Shown here: piece by piece, positions 38,041-51,005 of the stretch | Layout: each line of letters opens with the position of its first letter | Numbering within the stretch: position 1 is the stretch's first letter | Assembly (NCBI GenBank): GCA_038087875.1 | Contig: CM075978.1 | Location: forward strand, 100,626,001-100,690,000 | From: Malacoraja senta | Lineage: Eukaryota | Direction of reading: 5' to 3' | DNA: 64,000 nt | Position numbers and translations under genes: made by a program | Notes under the pieces: model-generated | Seen by the model: the letters and a program-made list of their open reading frames with translations, nothing else | What the model was told of the DNA's origin: nothing | Database searches by the model: none

Positions 38041-39672
38041 GTGAAAAGTTAATTTCAGTATTCATATTGGGGATTTCTTCAAATGTTGGCTATGTTCAGT
38101 AATGATTCCAAATGTAAGAACATAAGAAACAGTCAAGGGAGTAGCCCATTGTTGCACCATTCTCAACTTAAACTATTCAACCTCTATGGCTTTTCAATTC
38201 CTTTAAATATACTCAACAAATTAGCTTCACAGTTCTCTGACAGATAAATATAAAGATTCAAAGCACTCTTCAAAGAAAATTCTTCACAACTTAGTCTTCT
38301 TGCACTAACACCATATCTGAGTGAATCTGTGGAATCCGTTGCCATGGATGGCAGTGGAGGCCATGTCATTGGGTATTTTTAAATCGGGGATTAATAGGTT
38401 GTTGGTTAGTGAGGGTGTCAAAGGTTACAGGGAGAGGATGGGATAATGGGGTTGAGAGGGAAATATCGATCAGCCATGATCGAATGGTGGAACTTGATGG
38501 GCCAAATGGCCTAAATCTGCTCCTATATCTTAGATCAATAGGGACAATTGGAATACATATCTCCTCTCTATTAGATCTTGTATCTGAACAATCTTATTCA
38601 AGCACTCAAGGTCTCCATCTAGGCAACTAAAATAGCGTTCTGGTCGATGTTTTGGGTCGTGATTATAGAGAGCAGATAGCCAATAGAAAGAGGTGAAGGG
38701 GAGGTGTGAGGCAGGGCAGGCAGTAATAGATAGAAACAGATGAAGAGAGGAAAGAGGGGCAGATGAGCCAAGTGAGGGGGCAGATGGTGGGAATAGAGGC
38801 TGAAAGCTAATGTGGAAACAAAAGATGCTGGAATCCTACAGACGTTGGAATCTGGTAGGTCAGAAGGTGATATGCGGAAACAATGGTTCAATAGTGCTTT
38901 TAATGTCACATTTGCAAAGTGCTAACACAATGAAATTATTTTTCATACAAATAGTCCTGTAGAATATTGCCGATTCCTAATTAGCAAATGTACAGAAATA
39001 GTCTACTGGGCCCGCGTGCAAGAGGCGCCATCTGGTGGTGCTATTTTAAAAGTCCTCGCTCTAGTTCTTATGAGCAGTGCCTGTTCCAGGCAAGTCCCAG
39101 GCTGTTGCAGATCTCCAGCGATTACCTTCCTTCGACGCCACGCTACCTTATCAGATTCCAGCATCTGCAGTCTCTTGTGTCCCAAAAATAGAGAGCTGCC
39201 TGCCACCAAGTACTGCTGCCTCTGCCCTTCTCCACTAAATGGACACACCATCAGTCTTAAACGAATTATTGGATATATATCAATTCCTGCATCCTCCCGA
39301 AAGATGCCTGCTGTAAGTGACAAATTAATGGCAGAATTTTAGAAAGACCAACATTAACACATACTTTCAAATTTTAATCCATTTGACGTTGGCTGAATTT
39401 AAACCTATGATAGTGAGCTAAAGGGCATATGTCCATGAATTAATTAAATTATAACCCTTTACATTCAATTGAAAAGTTTACGGATCCACCAACTAAAATG
39501 CAGCTTCTACAATACTGCACTGAAGCATAGGCCTACGCAGTTTGTCTTAACTCCCTAAAAAGGGCCCGATCCACAGCCTGCAGACTCCAGAAGTAAGCCA
39601 GGTCTAGCCTTTAAGGCATATGTGAGTCTTCTCATGCCCCTGTCAAGAGTGAGAAACTCTACATACATATCA

Positions 39673-39939
39673 CAGCACAATGGCGCAGTGGTAGAGTTGC
39701 TGTCTTACAGCACCAGCGATCTGGGTTCAATCCTGACTACGGGTGCTGTCTGTACGGAGATTGCACATTCTCCCTGTGACCATGTGGGTTTTCCCCAATT
39801 GCTCTGGTTTCCTCCCACACTTCAAAGACGTACACGTTTGTCCCTAGTGTGTAGGATAGTGTTAGTGTACGGGGATTGCTGGCCAGCGTATACTTGATGG
39901 CTGAAGGGCCTGTTTCCATGCTATATGTCTAAACTAAAC
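39673..39939 (+). mobile_element. tRNA-derived SINE (V-SINE/HE1-like)
   Basis: tggcgcagtggtagag (A-box-like), gggttcaatcc (B-box-like), ctaaactaaa tail. Confidence 0.82.
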
Positions 39940-40075
39940 ATATGTGTTCTGCAGAATGTTGCAGCTATCTGAATGCACTGGATAAAGGATGACAATAAGT
40001 TTGTATACCGCAATATGATTTCATTTTGATTATCACCCGTATGTGACAACTCAACAGATTCTTATTTTATTTCAG

Positions 40076-40119
40076 TTGAAACCAAGACCAATACAGAACC
40101 GGCCACCAATGTCACTATG
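40076..40119 (+). CDS. Ig receptor cytoplasmic exon 2 (V-ETKTNTEPATNVTM)
   Basis: Acceptor ttttatttcag|, 44 nt, phase 1 in and phase 0 out, donor atg|gtaagt. It bridges the phases of the flanking exons exactly. Confidence 0.8.
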
Positions 40120-40337
40120 GTAAGTACCAGACATAAATACAAACAGCTGGAGCAACTCAGTGGGTCAGGCAGCATCTGCGGAACGAAATGGACAGGCGAC
40201 ATTTTGGCCCATGCCTTTTTAGACCTATACAAGCCATCTCAGGTTTACAAATGTCCACCTTAAACCCTTACATATGAACAAGCTTCCATAAATATAATTA
40301 TATTTAAAGTCTTACGTACATACATCACATTCATTCC

Positions 40338-41365
40338 TGTGACTAGTGGTGTGCCACAGGGTTTGATGCTGGGCCCGTTACTGCTTGTCATCTACAGCAA
40401 TGATTTGGATGAGAACATACAGGGTAAGATTAGCAAGTTTGCTGATGATACAAAAGTTAGTGGTTTTGCAGATAGTGAGGATGATTGTGAACGATTGCAG
40501 CAGGATCTGGATCGATTGGCCGGGTGGGCGGAGAAATTGTTGATGGAATTTAATACAGAGAAGTGTGAGGTGTTGCATTTTGGGACGTTGAACTAGGGCA
40601 GGACCGACACAGTAAATGGCAGGCCTCTGGGTAGTGTAGTAGAGCAAAGGGATCTAGGAGTACAAGTGAATGGTGCCATGAAGGTCGAGTCGCAGGTAGA
40701 TAAGGTGGTCAAAACGGCTTTTGGCACTTTGGCCTTCATCAGAGAGAGTATTGATTATAGAAGTTGGGAGGTCATGTTGCATTCAAGACGTTGGTGCGTC
40801 AAGACGTTGGTGAGACTGCATTTGGAATATTGTGTTCAGTTCTGGGCACCATGTTATAGGAAAGATGTTGTCAAGCTTGAAAGTGTTCAGAAAAGATTAA
40901 CAAGAATGTTGCCAGGACTAGAGGGTGTGAGCTATATGGAGAGGTTGAGTAGGCTGGGTCTCTATTCCATGGAGCATAGGAGGATGAGTGGAGATCTTAT
41001 AGAGGTATATAAAATCATGAGGGGAATAGATCGGGTAGATGCACAGTCTTTTACCCAGAGTAGGGGAATCGCGGACCAGAGGACATAGGTTCAGGGTGAA
41101 GGGGAAACGATTTAATAGGAATCCAAGGGGTAACTTTTTCACACAGAGTGTGGTGGGTGTATGGAACAAGCTGCCAGAGGAGGTAGTTGAGGCTGGGACT
41201 ATCCCATCGTTTAAGAAACAGTTGGACATGTACATGGATAGGACAGGTTTGGATGGTTATGGACCAAGCGCAGGCAAGTGGGACTCGGGTGGATGGGACA
41301 TTGTTGACTGGTGTGAGTGAGTTGAGCTAAAGGGCCTGTTTCCACACTGTATTACTCTATGACTA
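40338..41365 (+). mobile_element. 5'-truncated CR1 LINE (RT C-terminal part and 3' end)
   Basis: SGVPQG, FADDTK, RLHLEYCVQFW and VWNKLP motifs. Confidence 0.85.
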
Positions 41366-41553
41366 TAACTAGTTTGCTCTCTTTTCCCCTTTTGGTAAAT
41401 GTTCTTTCTTGTTCATCTTATATGTTTTTGATGTCATGCGTTATAAACTGTGATGGTATGGAGTGATTTTGCGTATTTTCTGACTGATGGACAAAATCGG
41501 CTTATGGATTCAGCAGTCTCTTGTGCCATTTACATTCTGTTTTTCTGTTGCAG

Positions 41554-41670
41554 TCGGCAGAACCGGAGGTGTTGTATGCTGATATTCAGTTTGTACGACA
41601 GAATGCCAAAGCTCCAACCTTAGAAGTCAGCGAGGAGACAACCGAATATGCTGCCATCAAACGTGCATAG
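41554..41670 (+). CDS. Ig receptor last exon with ITIM and ITSM (SAEPEVLYADIQFVRQNAKAPTLEVSEETTEYAAIKRA*)
   Basis: Acceptor ttttctgttgcag|, phase 0, TAG at 41668-41670. VLYADI fits the ITIM consensus and TEYAAI fits the ITSM consensus. Confidence 0.9.
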   Translation, partial: SAEPEVLYADIQFVRQNAKAPTLEVSEETTEYAAIKRA

Positions 41671-41897
41671 TGACTGACTAAAAGTCACCCCTCGGGGTTC
41701 TTCTGGCTGGTATCTGTCAACGCACAGAACTCCCGAATGTCACAGTTCTTCGTTCTGGTTCTTAGGCATATGCCTCAATATTTTCTTACTCTTAACCTCA
41801 CATAAAGTGATAGCCTACAGATTGGTCTATTCCTGCCACATTTATTCTTTTAATGTAGTTTCCCAGTCTACCCAACAACTCACAACTCATACATTCG

Positions 41898-42515
41898 CCC
41901 CCCCCTCGACTCCATTCAAGGACCCAAGCAGTCGTTCTAGGTGCGACAGAGGTTCACCTGCATCTCCTCCAACCTCATCTATTGCATCCGCTGCGCTAGA
42001 GGTCAGCTGATCTACATCAGTGACACCAAGCGTAGGCTTGGCGATCATTTCGCCGAACACCTCCGCATTAATAAACCTGATCTCCCTGTGGCTCAGGACT
42101 TCAACTCCACCTCCCATTCCAAATTCGACCTTTCTGTCCTGGGCCTCCTCCATGGCCAGAGTGAGCAGCACCAGAAATTGGAGGAGCAGCACCTCATATT
42201 CTGCTTGGGCAGGTAGCACCCTAGTGGCATAAACATTGACCTCCAATTTCTGGTTGTCTCCTTCCCTTCTCAGCTATCACTCAGCCCTCAGACTCCTCCT
42301 CTTCCTTTCTACTTTCTTCTCCCCACCCCCCACTCCCAACCCCCCACCCCCCCCCCCTTACCCCTACCCCCCCCCCCCCACATCAGTCTGAAGAACGGTT
42401 TTGGTCCGAAACGTTGCCTATTTCCTTCGCTCCATAGATGCTGCTGCACCCGCTGAGTTTCTCCAACACTTTTGTCTGCCTTCGATTTTTCAACATCTGC
42501 AGTTCCTTCTTAAAC
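41898..42515 (+). mobile_element. Penelope-like fragment (GIY-YIG end plus terminal repeat) with a 13-bp TSD
   Basis: YCIRC..IYISDTKRRLGDHFAEH; actcatacattcg at 41885-41897 and 42516-42528. Confidence 0.85.
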
Positions 42516-42613
42516 ACTCATACATTCGCAGTTTCCTTTGTTGTAATTTAAGACTAGTTTCAGATCGAAGCAAATAATTTCAATTTATATCGCTCACTCT
42601 TCTCAAAGCTTTA

Positions 42614-44850
42614 TAGAATAGAATAGAATAGAATAGAAACTTTATTTGCCACACGACCAGGGTTGGTGGTAATTGGGTTCGGTACATGATGGTACACTGC
42701 TTTAGCACATTAACACTAACAACAATAATAATAAAGCACATCACAAATCACAAATCTCACCAACAATACATAGTGCAAAAGAACAGACAAAAACCATAGA
42801 CAAGACACTGTATACATCAAAGTCAAAAAGTTATTGGAGGGAATTAAGTGTTCTTATTGCTGAGGGGAAGAAACTGTTTTTAAAACGGGTGGATTTTGTA
42901 GCAAGTGACCTAAGGCGCCTCCCTGAAGGGAGAGACTGGAAAAGGTGGTTTGCTGGATGGGAGGGGTCCGAGATGATCTTTGTTGCCCGTTTTGAGGTAC
43001 GTTGGAGGTAAATGGAATGGATTGAGGGGAGGGGAGAGTTGATGATCCTAGAGGCCTTGGAGACAATGCGCTGTATTCTGTGTAGTGAGTGACTGTCAGT
43101 GTTTCCGTACCAGGCTGTGATTGAGGAGGTGATGATGCTTTCAATGATGGATTGATAGAAGCGTACCAGGAGATGTTTGTGGACTCTGAACTTCTTGAGC
43201 TGTCTGAGGAAGTATAGGCGTTGTTGTCCTTTCTTAATGATGTGGTCAGCATTGATGTGCCATTTTAGATTATTGCAGATATAGGTGCCCAGAAACTTAA
43301 ATAAGTTCGTGGAGGTTATGGGATGGGAGTTGACATGGACCGGGGGTTTGAGGTTTTGTTTGCGTCTGAAATCTATGATGGTTTCTAAGGTTTTTGAGGT
43401 GTTAAGCTGGAGGTTGTTTTCTGCGCACCATTTGACTGCGCTGTCCACTGTTTGATGGTATTGTGATTCATTGTTGTCTGAGATGAGGCCAATTATTGTC
43501 GTGTCGTCTGCATATTTGAAAATTTTAACTGAGCTGCATTGGGATGTGAGGTTGGTGGTGTAAAGTGAGAAGAGCTGAGGTGACAGAACGCACCCTTGAG
43601 GGGCTCCTGTATTGATAGTCAGAGGGCTGGAGAGTTTTTCACCCACGTTGACTCTTTGTTGTCTGTTTGTCAGAAAATGTAAAATCCAATGGCACATGGC
43701 TAGGTGAATGCCCAATGTCCAACAGTTTATTGTAGAGTTTAATTGGGTGTATAGTATTAAAGGCCGAGCTAAAATCTATAAACAGGATGCGTGCATAAGT
43801 GTTCGGTGATTCCAAATGATGTAGGGAGTAGTGAAGAGCTAGGTTGATAGCATCCTCCACAGACCGGTTGGCGCTGTATGCAAATTGAAAAGGGTCCATG
43901 ATGGGGACAGTGTATGTTTTCAGATGGGTGAGGACTATGTGCTCAAAGGTCTTCAACAGGTATAAAATCGTTCAGACAGCTCACCTTGGAGGACTTGGGC
44001 ACAGGGATGATAATGGATGCTTTAAAACACTGCGGGACTCTACATTGGCTGAGGGAAGTGTTAAAGATGGAGGTGAACACAGGAGCCAGCTGAGCTGCAC
44101 AGTGGTTAAGAGCAGCGGGGCTGAGGTCGTCTGGCCCTGCCGCTTTTCTTTTATTAAGATTTTTGAAGGCCGCCCTCACCACCTCCTCAGAGATGGTGAA
44201 TGGTGCTGAGTTAGGTGGGGGGGGGGAGGCATGGATGGCGGGGTGACATTATCAAAGCGTGCATAAAAAGTGTTCAATTTTTCCGGTAAGTCCGGATCCT
44301 CATCTGAGATGGGAACAGGACGTTTTTTGTAGTCCGTCATCTTCTGTAGATTTTTCCAGACTTCTCTTGAATTATGAGTTTTAAATTGTTGTTCCAATTT
44401 CTTTGAATAAGCTAATTTTGCCTTCCGTATTGCAGACCTGAGTTCATATTTTGCTATTTTGTATTGATCAATGTTTCCATTGGTGTAGGCTGCATTTTTC
44501 TTTTTGCGAAGAAGTTGTATGTCCTTGTTGAACCAGGCTTTTCCATTACTGGGTATTGTGACAGTTTTGTAGGGGACGCACAGTTCTTCACAGTAGCGGA
44601 CGTATGACGTCACCATGTCAGTGTACACGTCGATGTTGTTGCCGGATGCGTCGAGGAAGAGGTCCCAGTCAGTGCATTCAAAACATCCCCTTAACGTTTC
44701 GATGGCATCCTCTGACCAGGACTTAACGGTTATTGTTTTGGGCTTGATGGATTTCAGTTTTTGTTTGTATGCGGGGATGAGCAGCAGCATTACATGATCT
44801 GATTTGCCCAATGGAGCACGAGGAAAGGCACGGTATGCAATTAACATAAA
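42614..44850 (-). mobile_element. Rex1/Babar-like LINE, 5'-truncated and frameshifted
   Basis: LGKSDH, KAAGPD, DPFQFAY..NRSVEDA, DFSSAFNT, QGCVLSP, YADD, FKFLG; (ttcta)n tail at 42614-42640. Confidence 0.88.
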
Positions 44851-45002
44851 TATACCACAAAGACGTACAAGTTTGGAGGTTAATTGACCAGTAAAATGGT
44901 AAATTGTCTCTAGTGTGTATAGTGTGTGGGGATCGCTGGTCGGCGCAGATTCGGAGGGGGCCAATGGCCCTGTTGCTGTGCTGCATCTCTAAACTAAACT
45001 AG

Positions 45003-48000
45003 CAAGATTAAACGAGAACTTACCAGTTTGAAGTTTGATCTTTATTTTATGAGGGGTTACGATGAGCGATTACGTGAAGAAGGCCGATTACATGAAGACT
45101 TCAAAGCTCTGTGATTTCATGCCGGATACGAGACCAAGCGTCACACACTGCATCGATTGACGATGGATGAGTGAAAAAGATTAATGCATTCAGACATGAC
45201 AAATTTGTTAAAAATGCTGATGCTTTAATCATCAAAAGAAAATAATAGTGACCCCTCCCATCCTGGGGGGAATCTATAAAATAGAATCTAAAACAGAACT
45301 GGCAAAAATCCCTGGGTCGGCAATTGGTTTATTGTAAAACCTTTGGAACGTATGTTCTTTGGACCATCCTGCAGCCGCTAGGATGTTCTCGAGAGGGACG
45401 TCCATTGCCCTCGCTGCCGACATAGATGCAGCCCTGGTGGAGTGAGATTTGTAAATGTCAGTGTCCACTCCTGCATTTGCCAGGACCTCTTTTAACCATC
45501 TAGAAATGGTTTGCACTGATACCTTATTAAAACTTTTTTTGTAACTTATGAGTATGGATAATTCGGAGCCTCTGAGGCTCTTGGTGACCTTAACGTATTG
45601 TAGAATGTGTGTTACTACACACAAACGTGGGTCCATGGGGTATGCCGAGAACACTAGCTTGAGCCCTGACACCCCCGGTCTGCTCTGTTTGATCAAATCA
45701 TAAACAAAAAAGGTAATTTTGTTAACAGATGTGGCCATGTTGTCCAGTCGTAATTTGTGTAATGTCTGAGACCAGCGCCATGAGCATGACCACCTTGAGG
45801 GTGAGTTTTGATAAAGGCAGGGACGAAGCTGGTGCCCACTGGCGAAGCAGTGTGAGCACCACGCTCACATCCCATATCTCCGTGTACCAGGGCCTGGGTG
45901 GTATAGAATTAAAAATGCCCTTCATAAACCTAGTTATTAAAGGATGAGCTCTTACAGAGTGATGACCTGATCCCAGCACTAAGTATGAGGATAATGCGCT
46001 CCTGGCACTGTTGATAGCACTATAGCTCAGTTTGTGATCATAGTATAGGGTTGATAGAAATTCCAACACATTCGTGCTGAGTCATACGTAATGTCTGTGA
46101 GAGAACAGAACATCTCCCACTTCTTGATGTGAGAGATGTACTGTTTTTTAGTACTGTCCCTCCAGGCTGCAGTTATCACATCCACTGTACATTCTAATAA
46201 TCCGAGCCCCAGGTACGGTCTCCTCAGAATCTGCAAACCAATAAATTGATTCGGTCATGTAGAGGATGGTTACTCCCCGTTACTGGGTGAACCAGCAGAT
46301 TTCTGCTTTTGGGGACAGCCATAAGAGGCTGTGTTATCCTAGCCAGGACGAGTGGGAACCAAGGCTGTGTAGGCCAGCCAGGCACTACTAAAATGCCTGT
46401 GGCGTTGTCTTGCTTGATTTTTGCCAAACACCGACTGATGAGGCAAAATGGGGGAAACGCATACAAAAACATTCTCCCCCCCCCCCCCAGGTAGCGAGAA
46501 TGCATCTACTGCCACTGCCTCTGGGTCTGGTTCCCATGATACATATTTGGGCAACTGGTGATTTAGTATGGATGCGAACAAATCAATATGCCATACCGGG
46601 TGACAATGTCTTTAAACATTTCATGATTCAACATCCATTCTATGTTGTCATTGAATTTCCGTGATCTAGTGTCCGCCACCATGTTATATCTACCTGGTAG
46701 GTAGATGGCTGAAACCCAAATGTTTCTCGTAATACACCAGTGCCAGATAAGATTAGCCAACTTATCACAAGATACAGACTTGATTCCACCCATGTGATTA
46801 ACATATGCCACTGCAGTAGTGTTGTCAATCTGAAGTTGAACATGCACACGTTGCATATTGCTACTATAAGCCTTCAGCCCATAGAGTGCATCCAACAGCT
46901 CTAAGTAGTTAATACCGTGTTGCTGAAGAATTAATGACTCCTGTACATTCCATCTACCACCGCAGCTAGAGATGGTGTTTGTAGCTCCCCATCCTAGGGC
47001 GCTTGCATCGGTTTGTAAGATAACCGATGGCGTATAGACTAAAAAATGTCTGGAGCAATGATGAATATTCGTTACCCACCATTGTAATTCAGCAATGGCT
47101 TCTGCTGGCAATCGCATAGGTCTCCCGAAGTGACCTGCATGGAATTTGAGTGCCTGCTCCTTGGCACGTTGTAAATTTTGATAGTGCAAAGGCCCGAACT
47201 GGAAAGGCAGCCACTAGTTTGCCAATCACACTAGCTACTTGTCTAATCATATGCTGCTGCTTAACAATGAGATTGTTACAGGCTTTGATTGATTCTGATT
47301 GCTTGCCGCAAGGCAGAGTCACAGACATGTGAATTGAGTTCATGGTAAATCCCAGGTAAACAATTACACTGGTAGGTATCAATTTGGACTTAACTGGATG
47401 GATGAGAAATCCCAATCTCTCAAGCATGAGTTTGGTGGCTGAAACAGATGATTCAGCTAACTTCATAGTTTCCCCTATGATTAGAATGTCATCCAAATAT
47501 GCCACAACAATATGATTCTGAGCTCGGAGTAGTCCCAGGACTGGTTTCAATAGTTTTGTAAATAACCCGGGGGCTGAAGTTAGCCCATTAGGCAGTGCTT
47601 TAAACTGCCATAATTGTCCTATCCAGTTAAACTTCAAATATCTCCTGTGCTCCCTGTGAATGGGTACCTAGTAGTATGCATCTTTAAGGTCAATGCATGC
47701 CATATAACCTCCTTAAGAAAGCAGTTGTATGGCAGTAACAAAGTTATCCATTTTGAAGTGTTTATACTGCACAAAGGTGTTAAGTTCAGTCAAGTCTAGA
47801 ATGATACGGCATCCTGCATCCTTCTTTCGCTTAGTGAGATTGGTGAGATTCATGAAATGACCTCTCAATTACCTCTTTTTTGTATAAATTATCAATTTCA
47901 ACTTGTACATCCAAACTTTTCTGTTGTGAAAAAACATATGTACGGTTTGGTGAATGTTGTGAGGGTGGTTGCGAATTGAGAAGGAATTCAATTTGGAAAC

Positions 48001-49541
48001 TTTGTATACTGTGCAACATAAACGGATCTGGTGTGATCCAACACCATTCATGCAAGAAATGTTGCAATCTTCCCCCAACTTGTGACTGAGTCATGTGTAA
48101 TGTGTTCCTTAAGGAACTAGATTCACCTACCTCAGATGCTACTGGTGGTATGGTGCTGGTTTTCGCCCCCGAGATCTGGAGGGTATGAATGATGGCGGGT
48201 GCCCTCCGCGCATCTTGGAAGTTGGCCGGCTTGGGCCTTGCTCTAAAAAAGACCTCTGTGTCACTTGTTCGGGTCTCCCACCAGTTCCGGTGTACCGCCT
48301 GGTGTTGTAGGGAGCATAAGGGTGCTGCCGCCGGTATGATGAGACCTTGGGTGAAGCCGGGACTTTCATTAGGCGTATCATCTTTGCCTTATCGTCCAGC
48401 TCCTGCACCTGCTTAGGCAGATCTTCCCCGAACAGGTAATTGGCCGGTTGGACATTGCTGGCCTTGCACAGCGCAGCGAATTTGGGGTTTAGTGCCGGCC
48501 TGATGGCATTTTTCCGCAGGCAATTAATTTCAAAATGTGCATTGCACATCAATGCCATGGAGTCCTGCTGTATGTCAGATAGGGGTTCCCCCTCCACTGA
48601 CCTGGCAAAGGCCGTAATGCCTGCGGCGAGCAATTTTAGAATTTTTTGGAGCTTCATCTCCTGGGCTCTGACGCCCGCTCCAAAGTTACCCCAGATTGAG
48701 TGATTTACGGACGCTACATTCAGTGAGGCACAATTGGCAGGAGTATGGTACTTGTTGGTAGTCTCCTCCATGGGCAGATCTTGGAGCTGGTGAAAAGCCA
48801 GATAATTGATGCTGCTGGCTAGGTCCTCGTCCAGGGGTTCCCCTGATTGCCACGGGATGGCAAATTTTGAAGCCATTTCTGGTACTCCCCGGGTATACTC
48901 ACCAGCTGTGCCACCGAACTCCGAGTCAGCTAGATACTGACCCCGTGTGCAGCCCTGTAACAGGTGCCGCTGGCGCGGGCCCCCATGGAGACCCGCGCTG
49001 ATATAGCTCCCTCCTTTGGAGCATATCATTCTGGAGCCACCTCTCCCATCAGGTGCTCCATGTAGGCTAGTCGTCCGCAGACGCTACCCAGTGAAGGAGG
49101 GGAACTCTCCTGGCCCGACTCATCCGAGTCCATGGGCCTAACAGGCTTGTGAGTGGCTTTCCGCCCAAGCAGCACCACGGTGCTATCTCCCGGCACCAAG
49201 TCTGATGTCGCTGGCTCCACCGTCAGCAACCTGGAAGGCGATATGGACAGCCTCCCGGTACCCGCACTCCCGCGGTGTTCGGTAGGTGGTTTCACCGCGG
49301 ACCGTCTCTTCACCTTCGACATCTCCAAAGGTTCAAACTTGTCTGTGGGCAAGAATTTACAGAACCAAGCCAAAACTACCTCAGAGAAAGTTTAAACACT
49401 TACCTGAGGATTTTTAAACTTATCGCTGGAAGGAGCAACGCGCCTGTCAGTCAGTCGTTGCGCAATGCGTTAGACGTAAAGACGCGCATGCGGGCTGACG
49501 GCCTTCTTCACGTAGTCACTCACGTGACTCCGAAGTAAAAT
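45003..49541 (-). mobile_element. DIRS1-like retrotransposon (second subfamily), frameshifted, ICR deleted
   Basis: gag-like ORF1 (48139-49373), RT/RH/MT (YLDD, TDAS, YAFPPF) and YR (HSTRAAS). Termini match the 55554-62868 element, but the 3' ITR runs directly into sequence upstream of the ICR at about 45090. Confidence 0.9.
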
Positions 49542-49904
49542 AAGCTATTAACAAACCTTTTCTCATTGCACGTAACTAGTTGAAATCAACCTTTCCCTTT
49601 GTTGATTCTTCAGCATGCCGATATAGAATATCATCTTTTACACATGCTGCAAATTCATCTATACGATTAGTGCTAATTTTATTTCCCAGACCCTATGTGA
49701 ATTAAAGGCCCAAGATATTACTATGATGCGTTTCTACATCACCCTCTCAACTTGATTACCCACTGATATCTGTGGTCAGATAAACTGACTACAAATTAAT
49801 TAGTCATTTTCCTCTTAATATGCCTAATTTCACCCATTACCTGTTTGTTATCCTCTAATTATGCTCATAAATTACCTACAATACCGTGACCTTTAGGACA
49901 AAAG

Positions 49905-50285
49905 GGATAGGAAAAGAATTAGGCCATTCAGTCCATCAAGTCTACTCCGCCATTCAATCATGGCTGATCTATATCTCCCTCTCCTAACCCCATAACCTCT
50001 TATACCTGTACTAATCAAGAATCTATCTTTACTTTGCCATAAGATACTCCACTGACTTGGCCTTCACAGCCTTCTGTGGCAAAGAATTCCACAGATTCAC
50101 CACCCTCAGTCGAAAGAAATTTCTCCTCAACTCCTTACTAAAAGAATGTCCTTTAATACTGAGGCTCTGAGCTCTTGTCCTAGACTCTCCCACTAGTGGA
50201 AACATCCACTCCACATCCACTCTATCCAAGCCTTTCATTATTCTGTATGTTTCATTGAGGTCCCCTCATTCTTCTAAACTCGGTA
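49905..50285 (-). mobile_element. CR1 LINE 3' fragment
   Basis: KGLDRVD..FPLVGESRTR..LWNSLP. Confidence 0.8.
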
Positions 50286-51005
50286 TAGTAAATTTACAAA
50301 AGCCATGCTCATCGAATGGCTTCTGAAAATCAAAATATATGTTCATCTTTCCACATTGTGCTTCATACATCTTAAAGAATGTAAATATTTATTGTCAAGT
50401 ACAGTTTCTATTCCATAAAACCATGTTTTATATAATATTCTAAATTGTGTTGTTGCAATGTAAGAAAATGTATATTATTTTCCAAACTTTATGAAATATT
50501 ACTGATTGAATGAAGGTGATCCCCATGTTATGGGAGGTTGTGTTTCCTGGATAACAGTCCATATCACAAATTTCCGTACAGTCATCCACACATGCATCAA
50601 GAAACCCGAGTTGAAAAAAAAGTTGAATTTTGTGTTGATTACTTACTACTACAATAAGTCCATCAGGACAAATATTAATCACTACTTCAAATTTTGGGTT
50701 GTAATTTGTGAAGATGAATTTCCATTAACAGGACTCTGTAATGCAGGAGTCACCTACACCAGGTTAAAATTGACAGCATATACAGTGAGGTTTGAAAACA
50801 TGGAACATATGCCCAGGTGGGCAGATGTCATAAGTGGTGTTCTCTCCTTAGTTATTCAATATTCCATCGACATACAGAAACGTTTAGACATGATGGCATT
50901 ATTGTTTGTGGGTCTTGGACTATCTTCAAATTGGTACAGGTTGAAGACCGATTTTCAAGTAATTGATGGTTGTCGTGTCCCCCGTCCCCCCTCCCCCCCC
51001 ACCTC

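Noticed and set aside
39673-39745. tRNA gene (also near 36806)
   Set aside because: The A/B-box head continues into a shared SINE body and tail; no complete cloverleaf is evident.
23589-41670. Naming the gene PD-1, SIRP, NKp30 or NITR
   Set aside because: The tail motifs resemble PD-1/SIRP and GNGT resembles NKp30, but the four-V architecture fits none of them. Orthology cannot be assigned without searches.
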